The notes beneath the pieces were generated by a model, which did no database searches, was not told the DNA's origin, and saw only the letters and a program-made list of their open reading frames with translations. This document shows positions 28,379 through 35,061 of a stretch of DNA of 41,721 nucleotides, piece by piece (within the stretch, counting starts at the first letter, position 1; every line of letters begins with the position of its first letter). The translations under genes were made by a program, and so were the position numbers. The DNA comes from a virus (lineage: Duplodnaviria; Caudoviricetes), in the IMG/VR virus record IMGVR_UViG_3300037692_000203, positions 1 to 41,721 of that record, one strand, 5' to 3'.

Positions 28379-28983
28379 GCCGCCGCAACCACAAGCAGAA
28401 GCCTAATCGCACCAAGCGCTATGTGCAGAAGCACGTCCGCCTGCCGGTGATGGGCGCGCTGCGCCGTGAGTTCGAGGTGACGTTGCACAGCGCGCTCACG
28501 ATGGCGGAGATCGGTCTATTCAATCAATACCAGTTCGACCGCATCGGCCAGTCGCTCAATGTCATCTGGGGTGCGCTGGAACTACGCCCGCCCAAAGGAT
28601 CGGAAGCGGCCAAGCTGGTGATCGAGGGGGCCATGCGCGCCATGAACGACGCAGGCAAGCGCGGCGACGCTACCGGCATATGGGTGCTGCGCAATACCGA
28701 GCAGGCCGCTGTGCTGGCAGGAATCCAGAAGGCCGAAGAAGTCCTCCCCCGCTTGGATGTGCTCACCCTCAATGAAGCCATCCAGCAGTTCGACCTGATC
28801 CGCATCGAGGACATCAAACGCACCGTCGCGATAGACCCCGCCAGCGGGCCGGACAAGACAGCGGTGACCACCATCAAAGCCGGTGAGATCGACAGCATCA
28901 CCCTGATCGAGACCGACGACCACAACCACATCAAAGCCGTGCACAAGATCGTGCGCGCACCTGAAGAAAGGACACCAGCATGA
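28375..28983 (+). CDS. Hypothetical protein
   Basis: ATGA-coupled; SD GAGG. Confidence 0.6.
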   Translation: MSRRNHKQKPNRTKRYVQKHVRLPVMGALRREFEVTLHSALTMAEIGLFNQYQFDRIGQSLNVIWGALELRPPKGSEAAKLVIEGAMRAMNDAGKRGDATGIWVLRNTEQAAVLAGIQKAEEVLPRLDVLTLNEAIQQFDLIRIEDIKRTVAIDPASGPDKTAVTTIKAGEIDSITLIETDDHNHIKAVHKIVRAPEERTPA

Positions 28984-29231
28984 ACTGCAATTGTTTAACC
29001 GATCTCAAGGGGAAGCTGCTCGACCACTTGAAGCAACCGGGACGCTTTAAAAAACCAGTGAAGGACATCGAGATTATGGGTGTCACCCTGCAGGTGACCG
29101 ATACCAATCTCGTCACCAGAACCTACACAGAAGTAGCGGTTGAACTGGAAGGGCAAAAGAAGCGGGATCGCAGTCCGCTGATGCATACCTTCTGCCCGTT
29201 CTGCGGAAAGAAACAGGAGGACAAAGCATGA
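28980..29231 (+). CDS. Small zinc-binding hypothetical protein
   Basis: CNC and FCPFCG. Confidence 0.65.
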   Translation: MNCNCLTDLKGKLLDHLKQPGRFKKPVKDIEIMGVTLQVTDTNLVTRTYTEVAVELEGQKKRDRSPLMHTFCPFCGKKQEDKA

Positions 29232-29800
29232 ACGCCCCCGCTCCGATCATCCGCCCCGACATCCTCACCTTCCGTGGCGAGTATTTCGATTTCATCAACC
29301 CGCACAACAACAAGTTCGACATCCGCGATATCGCCCATGCGCTGAGCAATGTGTGCCGCTTCGCCGGGCATACCCGCGAGTTCTACAGCGTGGCGCAGCA
29401 CAGTGTGATGGTGGCGCGCATCTGCTTCCGCTGTGCTGCACAGAGCGACATCATCGACCACGGCCGCGCCGGGCTGTTGCACGACGGGGCCGAGGCTTAC
29501 CTGGGCGACATCACCCGTCCGCTGAAGCAGTTGCTGCCGGACTACAAGGTGATCGAGCAGCGCGTGGAGGCGGCGTTGTTCGCTGCCTTCAAAGTCCCGC
29601 ACCCGCTGCCCAAGATCGTGAAGCACGCCGACCTGGTGATGCTGGCCACCGAGCAGCGCGACCTGATGCCTCCGCATGACGATGAATGGACGCTGATCAC
29701 CGGCATCGAGCCGCTGCCGGAGGTGATCAACCCCTGGTATCCGGAGAAGGCGGAGCGGGAGTTTCTGGCGATGTGGGATGACTTGATGGGGGTGGTGTGA
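29228..29800 (+). CDS. HD-domain phosphohydrolase (YfbR/YfdR-like)
   Basis: IAHALSNVCRFAGH, YSVAQHSV, LLHDGAEAYLGD. Confidence 0.88.
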   Translation: MNAPAPIIRPDILTFRGEYFDFINPHNNKFDIRDIAHALSNVCRFAGHTREFYSVAQHSVMVARICFRCAAQSDIIDHGRAGLLHDGAEAYLGDITRPLKQLLPDYKVIEQRVEAALFAAFKVPHPLPKIVKHADLVMLATEQRDLMPPHDDEWTLITGIEPLPEVINPWYPEKAEREFLAMWDDLMGVV

Positions 29801-30177
29801 TGGATGAACTCTACTACCTGCAGGACAGCCGAGGCTATGTCGGCAACGACGTGCTGTGGTGGGCGCAGGGTGGCGCCGGTTACACCACAGACCTGAGCAA
29901 AGCAGCCGTTCTATCCAAGGATGCCGCAGTTAGACAGCACAACTGCCGCGAGACAGACATCCCTTGGCCGAAGGAGTACATCGACGCGCGATCTCGCCCA
30001 GCAGTCGACATGCAATACATCCGCAGAGACGAGGCATTGGCAGGCACAGGCATCGTGTTGATCAAGCCACAGAGACCAAAACGCACGCCATACAAGTGCT
30101 ATCACTGCGGAAAATTCATGCGGGAGGAGCAGCAATATGTTCCATGCCCGCATTGTGGCGGGAGCAACATGCCATGA
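29797..30177 (+). CDS. Hypothetical protein with C-terminal zinc ribbon
   Basis: YLQDSRGYVGN; CYHC...CPHC. Confidence 0.65.
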   Translation: MMDELYYLQDSRGYVGNDVLWWAQGGAGYTTDLSKAAVLSKDAAVRQHNCRETDIPWPKEYIDARSRPAVDMQYIRRDEALAGTGIVLIKPQRPKRTPYKCYHCGKFMREEQQYVPCPHCGGSNMP

Positions 30178-30581
30178 TCCAACTCGACCAACTCACCGCC
30201 ATCCACACCTCGCTGGACAGCCTGCTGTCCCTCATCAGCATGGACGCTATCAACGGCCTGTTCGAGCTGTCTGCCGGGTTCTTCGTCCTCAACCACTGCC
30301 GCGTCCTGCACGCTCACAAGCAGGTGCGCGGCGTCTCGCTCACCAGCTCCGGCTTCTTCCTGATCTGGGGTGTGTGGAACATGTACTACTACCCGGCACT
30401 GAACCAGCCGCTGAGCTTCTACGGCGGTGTGTTCGTCGTCGCGGCCAATGCCTTCTACCTGGGGATGATGCTGCGCTATCGCAATGCCGAAGCCTTGGCT
30501 GCGGTGTTAGATGAGCATGAGCTGTATCTGGGCGTGGAGAGCACGGGCAGCTACCCGGCAAAGAAGGGCGGTGCCGCATGA
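30174..30581 (+). CDS. Small membrane protein, PQ-loop/SemiSWEET-like
   Basis: Three hydrophobic helices with KQVRGVS after the first. Confidence 0.5.
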   Translation: MIQLDQLTAIHTSLDSLLSLISMDAINGLFELSAGFFVLNHCRVLHAHKQVRGVSLTSSGFFLIWGVWNMYYYPALNQPLSFYGGVFVVAANAFYLGMMLRYRNAEALAAVLDEHELYLGVESTGSYPAKKGGAA

Positions 30582-31237
30582 TGCCTTCCCCATCACTCGC
30601 TGCTCGCGGCCTCAAGCCGATCACTCAACTGGCTGCGAAGCGTACTCACGGCGACCGGCTGCGCTATCTAGGCGGATGCCGTTGCGCGGATTGCCGTCGT
30701 GCCAATACGGACTATGAGAATGCCCGCCGGGTCGCACGCAAGGAATGCGACTGGAACGGGATTGTGCCGGCGAAGAAGGCCCAGGCGCACATACTCAAGC
30801 TTGCCAGGCAGGGGGTGGGTCGTCGTTCCGTGCAGGCAGTGACGGACATATCGGACAGCATCTTGTTCAAGATCCGCGCTGGCACCAAGACCAAGATCCG
30901 CGCCAGGACGGAGCGGTTGATCCTGGCGGTGACGAAGGAGATGGCAGCAGACCATGCGCTGGTCGATGCGGCGCCGAGCTGGAAGCTGTTGAACAAGCTG
31001 CTCGATAAGGGCTACACCAGGACGCAGCTGGCGCATGCGCTGGGCGGCAAGTCTCACGCGCTGCAGGTCGGCAAGGAACAGGTGACGGTGCGCATGGCTT
31101 ATGAGGTGCGCCGCCTGTACCTGAAGTGCGAGAAGGCCGGATTCGCTGATGCAGCGCGGCGCGAACAGCCAGCAGAACTCCCTCACAACACTTTCAGCCC
31201 GCGCCCTGGTGTGTTGGTGCATCGGATGGAGGGTTGA
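30578..31237 (+). CDS. Hypothetical DNA-binding protein
   Basis: HG...Y..GCRCADCR motif followed by two HTH-like segments. Confidence 0.6.
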   Translation: MMPSPSLAARGLKPITQLAAKRTHGDRLRYLGGCRCADCRRANTDYENARRVARKECDWNGIVPAKKAQAHILKLARQGVGRRSVQAVTDISDSILFKIRAGTKTKIRARTERLILAVTKEMAADHALVDAAPSWKLLNKLLDKGYTRTQLAHALGGKSHALQVGKEQVTVRMAYEVRRLYLKCEKAGFADAARREQPAELPHNTFSPRPGVLVHRMEG

Positions 31238-31629
31238 TGATGAACGCCCCCTTCTTCCCCATCGAACGCCTGCGCCTGTTCGCCGCCGACAGCCAGGTGT
31301 ACCGCGCCTTCCATCACTTGATCGCCGCCCGCATGGGCACGCTGCTGCTGGTTCCGTTGCACCTGGTCACCGGCCGCTGTGATGCCGTGGTGGATGGCTG
31401 CCCTGTGCCTTGGGAGGAGGTGCACGCGGTGCTGGAGTATCCGGCGATCCGTCCCCTCACGAATACCGCTGTATGGACTATGGACGACCACCTGCAGCAG
31501 TTGGAGTACCTGGGCATCGATCCGGATGCGTGCGAGATGGATTTCATCACGCCGATGGTGAAGGGTGAGGAGAAAGTGTTGCGCCTCGTGCATCCGTGCG
31601 GGGTGAGGTATGCAGTCGTAGTTAGTTGA
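31234..31629 (+). CDS. Hypothetical protein
   Basis: Overlaps upstream stop; SD GGAGG. Confidence 0.6.
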   Translation: MMMNAPFFPIERLRLFAADSQVYRAFHHLIAARMGTLLLVPLHLVTGRCDAVVDGCPVPWEEVHAVLEYPAIRPLTNTAVWTMDDHLQQLEYLGIDPDACEMDFITPMVKGEEKVLRLVHPCGVRYAVVVS

Positions 31630-31650
31630 AATCAACCAAAGGAGATACAG

Positions 31651-32037
31651 ATGAACCAAATGACAGCAAAGTTCGCCTTGCCCGAACTAAAAGAAGGCGA
31701 GATCTACGGTGGTGCCTTCATCCAGCCGGATGGCAGTGGTCACCATACCATCATCCTGGATGGCGACAACGACGATGCCGATTGGCAGACCCAGATGGAT
31801 TGGGCCAAATCCATCGGCGGTGATCTGCCGGATCGCGTGGAGCATGCGATGTTCTACAAGCATCTGCCTGATCGCTTCAAGAAGGACTGGTACTGGTCGA
31901 ACACGCAGCGTTCGGCAGGTTCCGCCTGGTTTCAGCACTTCCTCTATGGCCTCCTGTATTGGTACGACACCAGCCTCAAGTGCCGCGCTGTCGCCGTCCG
32001 CAGAGTTCCCTTTAACACTTCAGCATTTACCAATTAG
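31651..32037 (+). CDS. DGR target protein 1 (DUF1566/CLec-like, 128 aa)
   Basis: WYWS...AW...RAVAVRR C-terminus containing VR1; SD AAGGAG. Confidence 0.88.
   Translation: MNQMTAKFALPELKEGEIYGGAFIQPDGSGHHTIILDGDNDDADWQTQMDWAKSIGGDLPDRVEHAMFYKHLPDRFKKDWYWSNTQRSAGSAWFQHFLYGLLYWYDTSLKCRAVAVRRVPFNTSAFTN
31905..32004 (+). repeat. DGR variable repeat VR1
   Basis: 100-nt ungapped match to TR with 14 mismatches, all at TR adenines. Confidence 0.95.
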
Positions 32038-32046
32038 GAGTTCCCA

Positions 32047-32415
32047 ATGAATGCCGCAAAAAATGAGTTTCTGAAATCCCTGCTCAAGCCGGGAGAACTG
32101 TATGCCGGGATTCTTCTCGGAAAGGATGGAGAGCCTGATCAGCACATCATTCGGCTGCCAGGCGAAGCGCAGTCCGTGGACTTTGATGAGGCCGTCAAAT
32201 ACGCAAAAGACGCGGGCGGAAGACTGCCAACGCGCCGCGAGCAACCCCTGTTGTTCGCCAACCTGAGTGAGACATTCACGCCTAACTGGTACTGGTCTGG
32301 AGAGCAGCGTTCGGCAGGTTCCGCCTGGTATCAGGACTTCATCAGTGGCCTCCAGGATTGGAGCTACACCGACCTCAAGTGCCGCGCTGTCGCCGTCCGC
32401 AGCGTAGCTATTTAA
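32047..32415 (+). CDS. DGR target protein 2 (DUF1566/CLec-like, 122 aa)
   Basis: GGRLPTRRE, WYWS...AW...RAVAVR containing VR2; SD AGGAG. Confidence 0.88.
   Translation: MNAAKNEFLKSLLKPGELYAGILLGKDGEPDQHIIRLPGEAQSVDFDEAVKYAKDAGGRLPTRREQPLLFANLSETFTPNWYWSGEQRSAGSAWYQDFISGLQDWSYTDLKCRAVAVRSVAI
32304..32403 (+). repeat. DGR variable repeat VR2
   Basis: 100-nt ungapped match to TR with 12 mismatches (one is the last base), all at TR adenines. Confidence 0.95.
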
Positions 32416-32439
32416 CCATTCAGCATTGATTTATTCAGC

Positions 32440-32808
32440 ATGGCAATCACCTCAGAACTGCCCATCTATAAAGTGGCCTACGACCTGCTCGACGCCATCA
32501 CCGACCTTGCTCGCAATATGCCGCGCGACTTCAAGCAGAGCATAGGCGGCAAGCTGCGTGATGAGTGTGTTGAGATTGTGACGTTGATCTTCCGCACCAA
32601 CTGCGCGCGGGAGAAGACGCCGCACCTCGATGCACTGATCGAGCGGTTGCAGGTTGCCGAGCTGCTGTTGCGCCTGTCGCGCGACAAGCGGCTCATCTCG
32701 ACCGGCCAGTACGCCAAGGCCGTCGCGTTGACCGACAAGGTCGGCAAGCAGGCTGGGGGATGGCGCAAATACGCAATGTCGCCCGCTTCGTCAGGGTCAA
32801 GGCCATGA
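32440..32808 (+). CDS. avd: DGR accessory variability determinant (four-helix bundle)
   Basis: LPIYKVAYDLL...PRDFKQSIG...GKQAGGW; lies between VR and TR. Confidence 0.85.
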   Translation: MAITSELPIYKVAYDLLDAITDLARNMPRDFKQSIGGKLRDECVEIVTLIFRTNCAREKTPHLDALIERLQVAELLLRLSRDKRLISTGQYAKAVALTDKVGKQAGGWRKYAMSPASSGSRP

Positions 32809-33599
32809 CGACTGTGCGAAAAGTTGATCTGGTCGTGCCGCTGGCCTCACAGGCCACCGCCATGCGCACCGCAGATACCGCCGGGCTAGATACCCAGGGC
32901 AGGTCTGGCGCAGTTTCCTTGCTGACCGACTGCAGCGGTCGGCATGGCGACGTAGATAGCACGATAAAACGCAGCGTTCGGCAGGTTCCGCCTGGTATCA
33001 GAACTTCAACAATGGCAACCAGAATTGGAACAACACCAACAACAAGTGCCGCGCTGTCGCCGTCCGCAGATGAACAACCATCAGGCCATGCTGACTTATC
33101 TTCCAAGCGAGTACTCGACCCGTGCTGTGGCAGCCGGATGATGTGGTTCGACAAGCAGCACCCGGACGCGGTCTTCGGCGACCAGCGGACGGAAGTGCTA
33201 ACCGTAACCGATAACAGCCGAGGCAATGCTTCAGGGCTTCGCACCATTCGCATTGAACCTGACACGACGCTGGACTTTCGTGCACTTCCGTACCAAGACA
33301 AAACATTCCGGCTTGTTGCCTTCGACCCACCACATTTGGTGACAGCAGGACCGCGCTCTTGGCTGGCGGCGAAGTACGGGACGCTCTCTGAGAACTGGCG
33401 TGACGACCTACGCCAAGGGTTCGCGGAATGCTTTCGAGTATTGGACAGCGATGGAGTGTTGGTATTCAAGTGGAACGAGACGCAGGTGAAACTCTCCGAA
33501 GTGCTTGCACTGACGCCGCATGCGCCACTCTTCGGCAATACCAGCGGAAAGCGGATGGGCACGCACTGGCTAGTTTTCATGAAGCCGGAGGAAGCATGA
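32805..33599 (+). CDS. Class I SAM-dependent (probable DNA amino-) methyltransferase; start uncertain (32760, 32805, 32862 or 33012)
   Basis: VLDPCCGSRMMWFDK (motif I), FDPPH (motif IV-like), ECFRVL...GVLVFKW; stop overlaps RT start. Confidence 0.75.
   Translation: MTTVRKVDLVVPLASQATAMRTADTAGLDTQGRSGAVSLLTDCSGRHGDVDSTIKRSVRQVPPGIRTSTMATRIGTTPTTSAALSPSADEQPSGHADLSSKRVLDPCCGSRMMWFDKQHPDAVFGDQRTEVLTVTDNSRGNASGLRTIRIEPDTTLDFRALPYQDKTFRLVAFDPPHLVTAGPRSWLAAKYGTLSENWRDDLRQGFAECFRVLDSDGVLVFKWNETQVKLSEVLALTPHAPLFGNTSGKRMGTHWLVFMKPEEA
32971..33070 (+). ncRNA. DGR template repeat (TR)
   Basis: Nine AAC/AAT codons in the VR frame; templates both VR1 and VR2. Confidence 0.95.
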
Positions 33600-34699
33600 A
33601 TACCATGCCCGATTTCACCTTCGAAGAGCTGGTGCAAGCCTATCTCGACTGTCGCCGCACCAAGCGCAACAGCGCCAGCGCATTGGCCTTCGAGGCCAAT
33701 CTGGAGCGCAACCTATGCCGCTTGAACGACGAGCTGCAGGAAGGCCGCTACCAGCCCGGCAAGAGCATCTGCTTCGTCATCACCCGCCCCAAGGCGCGCG
33801 AGGTGTGGGCGGCTGAGTTCCGCGATCGCATCGTGCATCACCTGCTCTACAACCGAATCTCACCCCGCTTCTACGCCGGATTCATCGCCGACAGCTGCGC
33901 CTGCATCCCAGGGCGCGGCACGCTGTACGGTGCCAAGCGGCTGGAAGCGAAGATCCGCAGCATCACCCAGAACTGGAGCAAACCGGCGCACTACCTGAAA
34001 ATTGACCTGGCGAACTTCTTCGTCAGCATCGACAAACGGGTTGTGTGCGAGCTGCTGGCCAAGCGCGTGGACGGCTGGTGGCTGCAGCTGGCCGAGCAAG
34101 TGCTGTTCCACGATCCGCGCCAAGACTTCGCGCTGCGCGGTAATGCGGATCTGCTCGCCCGCGTGCCGGCGCACAAACGCCTCACCAGCCAGCCCGCACA
34201 CCTCGGCCTGCCCATCGGCAACCTGAGCAGCCAATTCTTCGCCAATGTCCTGCTGGACGCGCTGGACCAGCACATCAAGCACGACCTGCGCTGCAAGCAT
34301 TACGTGCGCTACGTGGACGACATGGTGCTGCTGCACGAAGCCCCGCAGTGGCTGAATGCCGCCCACGCCGATATCGAGGCATGGCTGCCGCAACACCTAG
34401 GCCTGCGCCTCAATCCAACCAAGACCATCCTGCAGCCGGTTAGCCGTGGCGTTGACTTTGTTGGCCAAGTGATCAAGCCGTGGCGCCGGTACACCCGCCG
34501 CCGGACATTCAATGAGGCGATCAGCCGCACCCGCAACATTCCGGCCGACGAGTTGTTCGAGACGGCCAACAGCTATTTCGGCCTGCTGCGCCAGGCAACG
34601 CATAGCCATCACGACCGGGTGCGGCTGGCCAACGTGCTGCGCTACCGAGGGCACTGCATCAGCGGGGATTTCAGCAAGACTTATAGGGCAAGCAAATAA
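33596..34699 (+). CDS. DGR reverse transcriptase
   Basis: FRDRIVHH, GLPIGNLSSQFFAN, YVRYVDD, GVDFVG; SD GGAGG; adjacent avd/TR/VR. Confidence 0.95.
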   Translation: MNTMPDFTFEELVQAYLDCRRTKRNSASALAFEANLERNLCRLNDELQEGRYQPGKSICFVITRPKAREVWAAEFRDRIVHHLLYNRISPRFYAGFIADSCACIPGRGTLYGAKRLEAKIRSITQNWSKPAHYLKIDLANFFVSIDKRVVCELLAKRVDGWWLQLAEQVLFHDPRQDFALRGNADLLARVPAHKRLTSQPAHLGLPIGNLSSQFFANVLLDALDQHIKHDLRCKHYVRYVDDMVLLHEAPQWLNAAHADIEAWLPQHLGLRLNPTKTILQPVSRGVDFVGQVIKPWRRYTRRRTFNEAISRTRNIPADELFETANSYFGLLRQATHSHHDRVRLANVLRYRGHCISGDFSKTYRASK

Positions 34700-34713
34700 C
34701 CAAGGAGATGAAG

Positions 34714-34875
34714 ATGGGACTGATCAAACAAAGATATGGCAAGACAGAGCGACTCAGAAAGTATAGGTATTTTCCAACTCGCTCATGCCGGAAGGCGATG
34801 AAGCTGAGTTCTATTCGGCCCCATCGTCCTCCGTTTACGTGGAATCGCCGGTGGGATGTTCACTGCCCGTTTTAA
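34714..34875 (+). CDS. Possible small basic protein (53 aa)
   Basis: SD AAGGAG before ATG; open frame to TAA at 34875. Confidence 0.3.
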   Translation: MGLIKQRYGKTERLRKYRYFPTRSCRKAMKLSSIRPHRPPFTWNRRWDVHCPF

Positions 34876-35061
34876 CGAATGCAGCCCCGCAACGGGGCAC
34901 CGACCCAAGCCGGATCTAAAGAGTGGGGATGAATAACCGCCGGCAGTCTGTGACGAGAGTGGGCCTCCGAAAATTACCCGGCGGGCGCAGACACTACCGA
35001 ATGTATCGAGCAGCTGGGCGAGGCTGCTTGGTTTTGTGAATGAGATGACAGGGACGATATC

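Noticed and set aside
31905-33070. Three ~100-bp repeats as a CRISPR array or simple duplication
   Set aside because: No repeat-spacer periodicity or cas genes; mismatches are strictly adenine-specific, which indicates a DGR
33428-33595. N-terminal extension of RT in the ORF track
   Set aside because: Overlaps the MTase; SD and ATGA coupling favour ATG 33596
33596-34699. RT as group II intron, retron or Abi RT
   Set aside because: Short, no maturase/endonuclease extension, has the LPIGNLSSQ motif, and is flanked by avd, TR and VRs
34940-34980. Hammerhead ribozyme (TGACGA...GAAA)
   Set aside because: Core reads GTGACGA rather than CTGANGA, and stems I/III could not be built
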